Source: Wallemia ichthyophaga EXF-994
Taxonomy: Eukaryota > Fungi > Basidiomycota
DNA length: 32,000 nucleotides
Reading direction: 5' to 3'
Assembly (NCBI RefSeq): GCF_000400465.1
Contig: NW_008806292.1
Coordinates: 90,001-122,000, forward strand
Shown here: positions 1 through 10,873 of the stretch, in pieces
Layout of the letters: each line of letters opens with the position of its first letter
How positions within the stretch are numbered: the first letter of the stretch is position 1
Program-made: the position numbers and the translations under genes
Notes under the pieces: model-generated
Seen by the model: only the letters and a program-made list of their open reading frames with translations
Database searches by the model: none
What the model was told of the DNA's origin: nothing

Positions 1-83
1 AATGCCGTGGTGGTTGGGGAGAGAATAGCGAGTATCGAGCACGTCGTGAAAATGAAAACAAAGATACAAAAGCGTCATAATGA

Positions 84-1398
84 TCAAAGCTTAGATTTTC
101 TGCACAAGCTGTTACTATTGTCCACCACAACACCCTCCGCTCTCAGCTCGAGTATCTGTTGCTCAGTGTATCCCTCCTCGCGAAGAATTTCCGTGGTATG
201 TTGAGCGAGGAAGGGCGGCGGGCGGTGAACCTCCAGCCTTTTCCCGCCATATCCGACAGCGGGAGCAGTGAGTTTGAGGGCACCAATGCGAGGATGATCC
301 ACCTCAGTAACCACACCTCTAGCCAGCGACTGGGGATGCTCCAAGGACTGGGCGATGTTATTGATCGGCCCAAACGAGAAACGTGCTTTCGCTTCACTAA
401 AAGTATCTAGCCAGTGCTGTGTGGAGTGTGATGATATGATTGTACCCAATTCGCCCACTAGGGCAGTGCGATGACGCACTCTGCCTGCATTGCTCGTCCA
501 CTCACCCTCCAACCACTCGCGCTTCCCTAATATCCCGCTGAGCGACTCAAACTGCACATCACTGCCCGCTCCTATCATTATCTGACCATCGAGCGTGGGG
601 AATGTCTGATAGGGGACGATTGAAGGGTGGCTTGTGCCCTGACGCGTAGCTTCTTGCCCCGTGACGAGATAGTTGGAGGCTATGTTGGCGAGCGAGGCTA
701 GTTGCGTGTCGAAGAGGTTGATGTCTAGATGGACACCTTCCCCGGTACGCTGTTTGTGGAAAAGTGCAGCGAGTATTGCTCCGTGAGCATACAGACCAGT
801 CGTTATATCCGTTATAGCGACACCTACTTTCACAGGAGATCCATCTCTCTCACCAGTTATATGCATTAGACCAGCTTCAGCTTCAATTAGCACATCGTAG
901 CCAGGTGCATTGGCATATGGACCAGTCTGACCATAACCCGTTATAGAAGCATAAATGATGCCAGGGTTTATACTCTTTATTGTGTCATAGTCTAGGTTGA
1001 AAATTTTCAGCTTGTTGGGTAAGAAGTTTTCAACAAGAACGTCGGCATCTTTGACAAGATTGTGGATGATAGATTGACCGTGAGGGTGCTTGAAGTTAAG
1101 ACCTAAGCTGCGTTTGTTTCTGTTTGAGGACAGAAAGTAGGCTGATTCAGGGGGAAGGTGGGGAGCGGGGGAGTGCGGCTTGACGGGTGCGGACGGAGGA
1201 AGCCAAGATCCTTTGAAGGAAAGGAGTGAGCGGGAGCGTAAGTGGTCAAGTTGATGAGCACCCACTGGTATCATCACCACGCGTAGGTTCTTCAATCTTC
1301 AAGACAGAAGCACCCATATCACCGAGTAGCATTGTGCAGAGTGGGCCAGCGAGTACCCGTGAGAGGTCCACGACTTTGATCTTCTTTAAGGGCAGCAT
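84..1398 (-). CDS. CoA-transferase family III (CaiB/BaiF; SUGCT-like) with C-terminal PTS1 (SKL); exons 1398-1266 and 1210-84, 419 aa
   Basis: Spliced N-terminus [30 protein letters not shown]...GDDTRSW through a 55-nt GT-AG intron (1211-1265). Family motifs [19 protein letters not shown] and GHPSIVPY-like [11 protein letters not shown] are present. Ends RKSKL-stop. Confidence 0.93.
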
Positions 1399-1937
1399 AT
1401 AGAAATGATGGATGTGAGAGTACAAGTGGGTATGTGTGGATTGTAATTAAAGGGAATGGCTGTGTTATGTGCAACCAGAACCAGTCAGATGAATCCAAAG
1501 ATGTTTTATATGCCCAGTTAATGAGACTTGGATGGAGTGGAAGCAGCCCAACAAGCCAATTTGACTGGGATCGTTGAATAAGCTTGAATATTTCAAGTGA
1601 TTACTACAATTTACTAGCACTGCTATTAAATAGAAATCACTAGAAATATTCAAATGAACGTTCCAATCAGATTTTAATCTCAGCACCTCAGTCAAGCACC
1701 ACCACCAACCAACTAAAAAATCAAAGGAAAAGTTTAAAGTTAATTTGATAAACCAATTGAATTGATTTAAGCTTATCTATTAAACTCCTTATATATCTAA
1801 TCCTAGGTATATCGGGTTCATTGGTTAGTTGGCTTGATTGCCACATTGGGAAGTAAGCAGCTAACATTCCAAATAGAATAGTCATCAAACACACCTTCAC
1901 TGGTTGTAGTTTAACTATTATCTTCTAAAGATCTATT

Positions 1938-3425
1938 ATGGTTCAAGTTACTCAAAGACGCGATGGATACAGCCACACTCCACTCGCACAGAAACACAGT
2001 CAACGCCTTCACCAGAAACAACGTATGGCTCAAGCTATAGCCATGCTCCCTAAACCACCCGCATACACTCAACTCCCTCCCACTCAACCTACCTGGAACA
2101 GAGCACCCGGTTCTCAACGCCGTTCCATTGATCTATCCACAATTCCTCCCCCTGTTATCGACTCTCAAGCTCAGGCCAATGCACGCGCTTGGATGGAGCA
2201 ACAGAAGTTACAACAGATTCAATTTGAGCAAATGGAGTTGTTTGAACAGCAGCAGAGAGAGCACCACTTGAGACAACAGCAACAGCAACAACAACAACAA
2301 CAACCTCAAACCCACGCCGTCACTCTCCACTCCTTTGCCGCTGAAGCTATTTGGGACCTCTGTTACGCCTCTTCTCCCGCTTTTGGTCATAACAACTCAA
2401 ACGCCGTCATGGAATACAGAACTCCTTCTGTCTCTGTTTACGCTGGCAGCGAGGATGTCTACGGCAGACCAAAACTCAACCCAACCACAGAATTTAGGAG
2501 ATGGACTTACTCAATCTTGACACAGACTGCTCTTTCAAAGCAAGCACTCTTTTTGGCCCTCTTCTACGCCTCAAGATTACCCATCCACTCTTCACCAAAC
2601 TTCTCCACTTCCATCGATAGCGCTCCTTATCGTCTACTCACCATCACTCTCGCTTTCGCTAATAGATGGCTAGATGATAACACTTACACCAACAAAACTT
2701 GGTCTCAAGTTACTGGTTTGAGTTTGAGTGATATTGGTTGTTTGGATATGTGGTCACTCGTCGACCAAGGTTTGAACCTCAACGTTGGTACTGATGAGTG
2801 GACTAATTGGATGTACAAGATCAGACATAGAGAGGAGAGGATCTACCAAGAAATGAAACTCAAGGGTGAAGACACGAGTGAAACAAAGCTAGTAATCGCT
2901 GCTGTTGACGATTGTTTGAAAAAACAATTCAAGGCTGACTACCTTCACTCGATGGAATTCTCAAAGCAAGCCGTCGAAGCTAGACATCGTTACTCCCCAG
3001 TTACCGATGTTCCTCTCGTACCCAACTACGACTATGGTCACATTGATCTCGACCAAGATGGTCCGTTGCGTCAAGTGCATCATACTAGTAGTGCGAGGAA
3101 TAGCATGAGTATGGGCAACTATATGAGTATTGACGGTGGTTATGACGCTAATGCGGTCGCAGCTGCTGCATCTGCTGCATCTTACAATATGTACATGCAA
3201 CCTCAACCGGCTCAACACGCACACATTCAACCACAGGTTCAATCCCACGTTCAAGTTCCTCACCATGTCAAATACGACGATGAAAGCTGGGGCCGTATGG
3301 GTAACAAACCTCACTATCACACTAACCAACCACCTCAATTCTACTATCACCAACCAACTCTTGGTGGTGGACTAGGATTGGGAGGATTCCAATTAGCTGA
3401 CTACCGCCGTGGTGTGGCGGCTTAG
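1938..3425 (+). CDS. Pho80/PCL-family (Clg1-like) cyclin, intronless, with Q/P-rich low-complexity arms
   Basis: 495-aa ORF. Central cyclin box ILTQTALSKQALFLALFY...YRLLTITLAFANRWLDDNTYTNKTWSQVTG matches the Pho80/PCL 'LDD..YTNKTWS.V.G' signature. Confidence 0.82.
   Translation: MVQVTQRRDGYSHTPLAQKHSQRLHQKQRMAQAIAMLPKPPAYTQLPPTQPTWNRAPGSQRRSIDLSTIPPPVIDSQAQANARAWMEQQKLQQIQFEQMELFEQQQREHHLRQQQQQQQQQQPQTHAVTLHSFAAEAIWDLCYASSPAFGHNNSNAVMEYRTPSVSVYAGSEDVYGRPKLNPTTEFRRWTYSILTQTALSKQALFLALFYASRLPIHSSPNFSTSIDSAPYRLLTITLAFANRWLDDNTYTNKTWSQVTGLSLSDIGCLDMWSLVDQGLNLNVGTDEWTNWMYKIRHREERIYQEMKLKGEDTSETKLVIAAVDDCLKKQFKADYLHSMEFSKQAVEARHRYSPVTDVPLVPNYDYGHIDLDQDGPLRQVHHTSSARNSMSMGNYMSIDGGYDANAVAAAASAASYNMYMQPQPAQHAHIQPQVQSHVQVPHHVKYDDESWGRMGNKPHYHTNQPPQFYYHQPTLGGGLGLGGFQLADYRRGVAA
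2274..2303 (+). repeat. CAA/CAG trinucleotide repeat encoding polyQ10 in the cyclin
   Basis: caacagcaacagcaacaacaacaacaacaa read directly. Confidence 0.95.
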
Positions 3426-4155
3426 CTTTGAGCTTTTGAGCTTAAGATTCTCTATCAATCAGCAAAATACATAACGACAAAAAAAACGCCAAACTATCAA
3501 GACCAACAATCAAAAAAAAAAAAGTAGCAAATGTTGATAAAAACCACAAAAAAAGAATTTTGTCTTTTTTTAAATCAACGAAACGAAGAACAAACAAAGA
3601 AACAAACAAAGAACAGTCAACAATCAATAAAGTTATAGATCTAAGAGAGAAAAAAAGATGAAAAAGATGAAAATCTACAAAAAATTTTTACATCTTTGGT
3701 GATTTCTTTACTCACTTTCACTTGACTTTTATAAGCGTCTTCAATATATTGAGATGCTTTAGAACATACAACACAATACAACATAATCAAACTAATTTAC
3801 TGGCAATTTGGGTTGTCCAGATGTCTTTTATATTTGTTTCATATATAGTACCTATGGAATGAAAGATAGAAGTCTAAGTGTGATGTTAGATGTGCTGATA
3901 ATTACATCAACCCGGCTTAGTTTGTGAGTATAGCGAGAGTGCGTGATCACTGTGAACCGCTGATCCGCAACTAGCCGTGGGGAGGATAAGAGGAGGAGAT
4001 TTATTTGGGTAGAGAGTGATATATACAACAGACTTCACACATAACACGCATAGTAGACAAATCGAATGACTCCGATGACGTGTAAGTTTTTGTGCAAGTA
4101 AAACCCAGGTTTGGCTTCTTAAACCACAACCACAAACAACAAACAAAGAAATAAA

Positions 4156-4914
4156 ATGGTTAGACAATTCTTCGTAGGTGGCAACACAAAGATGCAAGTA
4201 ACTTTCAACTCGTTGAACGACATCATCGAGAATCTCAACAAGGCAGACCTCGATGACAAGACAGAGAAGGTTTTGGCAGTTCCGTCCATTTACCTTTCAG
4301 AGGCAAAGAACCGCTTAAACCCTTCAATCGCTGTTTCTGCTCAGAACGTTTACGGGAAAAACACTGGTGCTTTCACTGGCGAAATCGCACCAACCCAGCT
4401 CAAGGACTTTGATATCAAGTGGACGCTTACAGGACACTCTGAGCGTCGTCACATCTTCAAGGAGAATGATGATGATGTTGCCATGAGAACTAAGGGCGCT
4501 CTCAACGAGCAACTCAATGTCATTTTCTGTATCGGTGAAAAGTTGGAAGAGCGTGAATCTGGCAAGACCAAGGAGGTCGTCCAACACCAACTCAACTCTC
4601 TCAACAAAGATATTAGCAAGGAGGAGTGGAGCAAGATTGTCATCGCTTATGAGCCTGTTTGGGCAATCGGTACTGGCAAGGTTGCTACTCCAGAGATTGC
4701 ACAGGAAGCACACAAAGATATCCGTCAATGGCTCACCACTAACCTCGGTCAAGATGCGGCTGATTCGGTTAGAGTCATTTACGGTGGATCTGTCTCCCAC
4801 ACCAACTGCGGTGACCTCGCTAAGCAGCCTGACATTGATGGATTCCTCGTTGGCGGTGCTTCCGTCAAGCCTGAATTCGTTCACATCATCAACGCTAACC
4901 AGGCCAACAAGTAA
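4156..4914 (+). CDS. TPI1: Triosephosphate isomerase, intronless
   Basis: 252 aa with GGNxK (catalytic Lys), GAFTGE, GHSERR (His), AYEPVWAIGTG (Glu), YGGSV and DGFLVGGAS motifs. Confidence 0.97.
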   Translation: MVRQFFVGGNTKMQVTFNSLNDIIENLNKADLDDKTEKVLAVPSIYLSEAKNRLNPSIAVSAQNVYGKNTGAFTGEIAPTQLKDFDIKWTLTGHSERRHIFKENDDDVAMRTKGALNEQLNVIFCIGEKLEERESGKTKEVVQHQLNSLNKDISKEEWSKIVIAYEPVWAIGTGKVATPEIAQEAHKDIRQWLTTNLGQDAADSVRVIYGGSVSHTNCGDLAKQPDIDGFLVGGASVKPEFVHIINANQANK

Positions 4915-4986
4915 TTTGAGTATTACATCAACTTATGAATTTATGTTTAAAGCAACTACTAAACAAATGAATGACTACATAACACA

Positions 4987-5995
4987 TCAATCACTCTCAG
5001 ATGAAACAAAGTTATTATCGTACTCCTCCTCCTCACTGCCCACCTCCTCATCGGGGTAGTCATTAGTATAATAGTCCTCCTCATTACTATCCTCGTCCGC
5101 TTCATCCTTTATATCTGTGCTATCGCTCGAGTAGTCCACTCCAGCGCCAAACTCATCACTCAAACCAGTCAACAGACCGATGTTTGACAATATTTCTGGT
5201 GAGTGATGAGATTTCTTTGAGTCTCTGTAATAAACGTCAAACACGTAATCGTTGTTGTTGTTTACTGTATTCTTGTCTTCTTTATCGTTACCTTTTTCAC
5301 TATCATTGCTATCGATCGAAACAACTTCTTGCACTGGGAATAGCAGTTAGTAGAAAATCTCACCTCCCACCAAGCACCTCACTCACTCTTCAAGTAATCC
5401 TCCACCAATCTTCGAAACTCGCGCATTTGTTCACTGTCTTCGTCGAATGGATCGAGTGGTTTGGCAGTGTTGGTTGCCTCAGCTGGCTTTCCATCTTCAA
5501 TCCTCCTCTTTTCTTCCTCTACGTCGATAAATACATCGCTACTAACATCACGATCGCCTTTAATAACATGATAACGTTTGCGGGGAGGTTGAGTGATTTC
5601 TGCGTTATTGTGATTGCTTCGCCGCCGCTGATCCACTGAGCTTGAATCATCCTGCTCATCCTCCGCCTTCCTCTTTAGCCGCGACTGTAGCTCTTCTTTG
5701 GTAGTCTCAGATGTGAATGTGGATTGCTCGACCGTTTCTGCCAATTTGAATAGACCTACATCGTGTGAGTGGTCGATGTGTATGTGCGTGCATTATACAC
5801 TCCAAAATTACCCTGTTTCTGTCGTTTCTTGCGCGCAATTGGTCGATCACTCCCCTCTTTATCTTCCTGCTCGCCGATTACTGATGAGATTCACGTCTCG
5901 ATTAGCAGGCTCATTTATTCATTCACATCCTCCTCACACAGCGCATCTAGTGGCTCCTCATTCCGCTTACGCTTTATGCGTATGAAGCTGCTCAT
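4987..5995 (-). CDS. IWR1: Iwr1-like RNA polymerase II nuclear import factor; exons 5995-5938, 5880-5812, 5755-5387, 5333-4987 (280 aa)
   Basis: Spliced N-terminus MSSFIRIKRKRNEEPLDAL...GLFKLAETVE and C-terminal DYVFDVYYR and DEDSNEEDYYTNDYPDEE, typical of Iwr1. Exon lengths sum to 843 nt, in frame. Confidence 0.85.
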
Positions 5996-6109
5996 GGCGG
6001 TTTCGTGTAGACAGATAAAGGAAAAGAGTAAATTTGTGTACTGAATGTGTATTGAAATGTATTTGTTTTACTTTGTTGATATTTTTATTCCCTTTTTTCA
6101 AGTGCCAAG

Positions 6110-6767
6110 TTAGTTTTCTGTCTTCTCGCTAACCTCCTGCTTGATTTCGTCCTTGTTTTGTGAGATTTCTTGGGAAACTTCTTTAGCATCCTCTTTGACA
6201 TCCTCTTTGACTTGCACTGCTTTCTCTTGAGCGTTCTCAGTGACATTCTCCGCCTTTTCCTTAACATCATCCTTTACATCCGCTGCTTGGTCTTTGGCAT
6301 CACTGGCAACCTCTTTAACGTCCTCTTTAACGTCGTCTTTAACGTCTTCTGCCTTCTCTGATGCGTCTTCCGTCTTCTCCTTGACATTCTCCTTTACTTG
6401 TGAAGCTTCTTCAGCTCCCTCTGAAGCCTCTTCTTTAGCCACCTCTTTAACTTCTTCAGCCTGTTTGTCGGTCGTTTAGTTAGTTCTCTATCCCTCACCA
6501 CACACACACACACACCTTCTCAGAAACTTGGTGGTGAGCATCTTCGTGGTGGGAATCGTGGTGGGAATCCTCGCCAGGAGACGTGAGCCAAACAACACCA
6601 CCTATGGTTACGAATGCAGATGTAGCCATCCACACCTTATCTGCATTCGTGTTGAATACGGGCAACTGCGCAGGTCTCGAAGAGGCATATCCTCTAACTG
6701 ATTGAGCTGATTTTGCTGATCTTGCTGATCTGATTGGATTTACTGCTCTGCTGAGTTGTCTGAGCAT
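6110..6767 (-). CDS. Uncharacterised 200-aa protein: mitochondrial-type presequence, one TM helix, His-rich linker, acidic LEA3-like 11-mer repeat tail; exons 6767-6516 and 6460-6110
   Basis: MLRQLSRAVNPIRSARSAKSAQSVRGYAS (Arg/Ser-rich, no acidic residues), hydrophobic VWMATSAFVTIGGVVWLT, a 55-nt phase-0 GT-AG intron (6461-6515), then an E/K/D/A/V-rich repeat exon. Confidence 0.8.
6131..6361 (-). repeat. Seven consecutive degenerate 11-aa (33-nt) repeats in coding sequence
   Basis: SEKAEDVKDDV / KEDVKEVASDA / KDQAADVKDDV / KEKAENVTENA / QEKAVQVKEDV / KEDAKEVSQEI / SQNKDEIKQEV. Confidence 0.75.
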
Positions 6768-6872
6768 TTTCTGTGTCTTTTATGAGTGCGCAACGCAACC
6801 GCAAAACTCGGCAATCTGTCACAGCAAGCAGACGCGAAAAAAAAGTGGTAAAACAAAAATAAAGAAAGTAAA

Positions 6873-9255
6873 TTACAACATACTCGTCCAATCATATCCT
6901 AGATAAAACTTTTTAAACTTCTCAACTGCATTACTCTTTTCTTGTCCATGCAACCTCCTCGGACGACGCCATAACTTTGGTTCCAATTCTAAAACATTTC
7001 CTATCACTTCAGCTGCAAAGTAGCGCGGAAATGCCTGTGATTGGTCGTGGTATTTGCTCTCAGAATCATCCTCCGAGTTGGCTTTATCTACACCTTCAAT
7101 CACATGTCCATAACCTGCATTCCCTTTGTAATCCCACATTATTGCAAAGTACGGCAAATTAGGTACTAGTGCCCTTCTAAATTCGCGTTCTTGGAAGTTT
7201 ATCAGTTTCTTATGCTGTGTCCATTCAGACTCTATTGCGAGAATACTCTCGTGGAAATATCCCGGCAACACTTGGTATATATCAGCAGGCACCGGGACTG
7301 CTTCTATTGCAGTATGCAGCTGTGCTCTAATACTCAAGACGGTTTCATAGAACACCACTCCGCGATTCTGACTAGCGAAAGTCTGCATGAGGCATTTCAT
7401 GTAATTCTGAAGAGTAAATGTAGTTAGTGTGATGCTCCATATAAAACACTCCAACCCACCCTAATCTCCTCCCACACATCATCATCAGCTTCTAGCGAGC
7501 TGAGACAGTGCTGCATCGGCACTATCAGACAATGCCCATCCACCAACTGCTCATGCTCCGGTAGGGCAAGATAGACACGTGTTCCACTCGAGACAATTGT
7601 CCGACACCGTGGCGGCGCTTCTCCATCATCCCCGAAACACCATCTGCAATTATCGAGCACTCTCTTGGTTCTCTTGTAGTCCCCAATCGCAAATTGTCGT
7701 TTCTGGGCATCTGATTTCATTTTCTTGCGTGCATATCTAGCTGCATTATCGTCTATCTGGTCAGTGTCGCCGTGTTCGTAGAGATGATCACTCGTTATTG
7801 CATTGGCGAATTCTGCGTCGTAGTTCTTTTGATCTGACGCTCCACCGGCAAATCTCTCCTGTCGGACGAGCTCTGCGAGTGATTGGTCGTCGTCGTCTAT
7901 ATTGTAGCGGGTTATTTCACCCGTGCGCTCGTCTCTGGTTTCATGGTTGTGCGCCTTCTTCCTCTTGCTGCTGTTGTTGGTGTTGTTTCCTACTGGCAGA
8001 CTGTCATCCTTGCGGCCTTGCCCTACATCATACAATCTGCCATGTCCATCGAGGGTGGGAAGAACCTCTATTTTAGTTTTCTGCTCCTTCTCCACTGGCT
8101 CTAAACCCGTCTTGTCGTTAAGATTCACATTCATTAGCCCATGACCGGCATCGCCGCCTGTTTGGGTGAGTTTGCGCGCAATTTCCATCTCATGCTCATA
8201 CTCCATCTCGAGCTGTTGCAGGTTAGGTGTGCTCATTAGGCGTGCTTTCATGACCTGGGCTTGTAATTTATTTAGGGAGTCTGGTGATTTCGGCCTTCCT
8301 GGTGCACCCCCACCGCTCACACTAGTCGTCGGAGTGAACACCTTCGGAATCACAGGCGAACTGGGCTTAGATTCGCCTCTAAGATGACTAACTCTGTCAG
8401 TCTGACCACCTTGCGTGGTTTGATACTGTGTTGAGCGCGTCGGTGTGTGTGTGTCTGACGGACGTTTGAAGGAAGCTCTCGAGGACGGCCTACTACCGTA
8501 ATCAGAGGTGGATGGAGAGGTGTAAATGTTTTTGGGAGAGTTATTTGAGTTGTTTCTAGGAGATTCTCTCCCACTAGCGTAGCTATCGCGTCTGCCGCCC
8601 CGTCTATTGAAACGTTTGGCGTCTCTTTCGTCGAGGATGCTGCGCTCGTGTTGGGCATCTCGCCATGCTTCGATAGATCCAAAGCGATCGATACCGAGGT
8701 TGTCGACGTGCGTGCCTTCCTCCTCTGCATGCTCATAGCAACGCTTCAATTTCATCATTCTCCAGCTACTACCTGCGTCGCCAGGTGTAGAAGATTTCTT
8801 CGATTCGTTGTGATAGTCATCGACGTGCTTTCCTGCTTTAAATTGGTGGTTGATTTCCCGACTGCTTACTTGGAGCTGGTTGGGATCTGGTTTAGTGGGA
8901 GCTTTCTTGGGCTTTTGGGTAGACATGGAGGTAAAAAAATCCTCATCCACTAGACTGCCAGCCACGCCACTCGCGTTACTCCCCGTACTCGCGCCTTGAG
9001 TGAGGTCATCGGTAAAGTCAGATGGATAAGGGAGGCTAGCGGGATCGGAGGGAATGGGTAGAGGGGCGTGTGGAACTTGCGGGTTGCTGACATTGCTTTT
9101 AAGACTCAAATCAGCGCTGTTGGGGATGTTGGTGATCGATGGCTGCGAGTTGGTGAGATACGCAGCCAGTTACAGACCCCACTCACATTCACACCACTGC
9201 TGTCGTTATCTTCGAAATACTCATGCCTGTGTGGATCGTCATCGTGTATTTCCAT
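6873..9255 (-). CDS. CWF19L2/Cwf19-like spliceosome protein (CwfJ C-terminal domains), 3 exons
   Basis: GSSWRMMKLKR; CRWC...GTRVYLALPEHEQLVDGHCLIVPMQH; SEWTQHKKLI; FRRALVPNLPYF. Intron 2 donor at 7459. The start exon (ATG 9255, MEIHDDD...) joins in frame through a GTGAGT intron and is less certain. Confidence 0.9.
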
Positions 9256-9339
9256 CTCTACGTGGTTGATGACGGTGGGAGATGAAGGAGATATTTTTAA
9301 TTTTATTCTTGAATAAACACCATCAACAGCTTTAATAAA

Positions 9340-9958
9340 ATGATTCCAAGGATATTTCTGGGTTTATCGGCGCAGGCGAGATTAGGCGGAGTTGCCAGAT
9401 TAGCCAGATTAGCCAGATCTACAACAATATCACAACCAGCCACCCTCACACACACCAGAACATACGCCCAGCCTCCAAACACCACGGCTGTTGAGTCCAT
9501 GTCCACTCACACCTTCCATCAACTCAGCGACAAAGTGTTTGATTCCCTGGTTGAAACACTGGAAGCTGAAATCGAAGGCGGTGGATTCGACGTTGCTCAG
9601 TCTTCCGAAGTGGAGTTGAATGTGTGTAGATTGTGTTTTATATCACTCATATCACTCAAATCATTCACAGTCCGGCGTATTAACCCTCTCACTTGATAAA
9701 TACGGCACTTATGTCATCAACAAGCAGCCCCCAACTAGACAGATTTGGGTGTCTTCGCCATTCAGGTGAGTATGGTTTTACAGCGAATTCCACCTCTTAC
9801 ACTCTCTCAGTGGTCCTCGGCGCTACGAGTTTGATAGCAATCAGCGCACCTGGCTTGATGTCAGGGATGGCTCGTCGCTGAATAGCATGCTGGATGATGA
9901 ACTCACTCCTATTCTAAACACCCAGTTGAATCTAGGCGAGGGTTGGATCGATAGTTGA
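9340..9958 (+). CDS. YFH1: Frataxin, mitochondrial; exons 9340-9621, 9671-9765, 9811-9958 (174 aa)
   Basis: Arg-rich presequence, then [37 protein letters not shown], the frataxin/CyaY signature. Exons sum to 525 nt. Confidence 0.96.
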
Positions 9959-10152
9959 AAATTTGCACTTTTGTAACCTAGAAACACCTTGTCGATTGTA
10001 GAAACTTCTGTTGTTCATTTCAATTCTCTGCACAAGCTTAGCAAAGCAGCCAATAACTGAGTCGTAGAGCAATCTCACATTGTCTTTACCATTTACAGCA
10101 TGGCATGCACCTAACGCGCGCGTTATTGAAGAGTAAAAGAAGAAATCAGATA

Positions 10153-10873
10153 TCATGCATTACATTCGTCACCGCTGCGTTGAGTATGAGTATGAGTTTG
10201 AGTATGGTAAATGACGTCACTAGTCAAAGAATACGCACGTTATTCTCGTGTTGAGGATCAAAGCCACGATGAGACCATAGAGGCCGAGTACCTGAGAGGG
10301 AAAGGAGGAGTTAGTACAGCAACCAGGAAGACATTGACGCACCTCTGCAAAGATAAGAGTGAGGAGCATGCCGACGAAGCTGCGTAAGCGATAGAGCGGG
10401 ATAAAGATAAGTGAGTATTCTACATAGCAACAGCCGCACGTACACTCTGCTCTGATATACATACGCTCTCACGAACGCGTCGCCTGCTTTACCGATTGCG
10501 AGACCAGCAGCAAGCCCAGAACCACCACAGGCGAGACCAGCGGCAAGGTGGGTGCAGCCAGCGAAGAGGGAGTAAGGCTCAGTCGGACTGAGAGAGCCAG
10601 CGATGAGTACAGAGACGACAAGACCATATACAGCTAGAATACCACTCATGATAATCGGTATGAGCGACTTCATTACTAGCTCAGGCTTGAATGTGGCTAG
10701 CCCTGAGATCCCAACGCCAGATTTAGCAGTGCCGTATGCCGCGCCGATGGTGGATAGGATCATCGCAGAAGCCACACCGCCCTGTAGAGTGGAGTGAGGG
10801 GATTGTAACTGGATAAACAGGAAACACCCACGAATCCCAGGAAATGGGCAAATACTGGACACTGGTCTGACAT
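10153..10873 (-). CDS. VMA11: V-ATPase V0 proteolipid subunit c', 5 exons
   Basis: [14 protein letters not shown]|[22 protein letters not shown]...[31 protein letters not shown]...LIFAE|[13 protein letters not shown] with the essential TM4 Glu. The last exon (TGDECNA-stop, 10153) is inferred from a GTGCGT intron. Assignment to c' rather than c is from motif pattern. Confidence 0.9.

Noticed and set aside
7-204. Plus-strand frame open from the window edge, overlapping the CoA-transferase 3' end
   Set aside because: No recognisable protein features and mostly the antisense shadow of a real gene. Cannot be judged without upstream sequence.
1465-1695. 76-codon minus-strand ORF upstream of the CoA-transferase
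   Set aside because: No ATG, AT-rich promoter-like composition and no motif.
3426-3720. A-rich tracts and short tandem units (AACAAACAAAG x2, AAAAAGATG x2) after the cyclin
   Set aside because: Typical low-complexity fungal 3' UTR. The antisense ORF 3442-3627 is a by-product.
3907-4197. 96-codon minus-strand ORF and intron-like signals upstream of TPI1
   Set aside because: Non-ATG start, no coherent exon chain, and it overlaps the TPI1 promoter and start.
4895-4960. Cryptic PTS1 on TPI1 by readthrough or alternative splicing, as known for some fungal glycolytic enzymes
   Set aside because: Stop is TAA-TTT, the readthrough extension ends INL, and the tested splice paths give no PTS1.
10112-10125. 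Perfect 14-bp palindrome TAACGCGCGCGTTA between the frataxin and VMA11 3' ends
   Set aside because: Short and driven by a CG repeat, with no supporting context.
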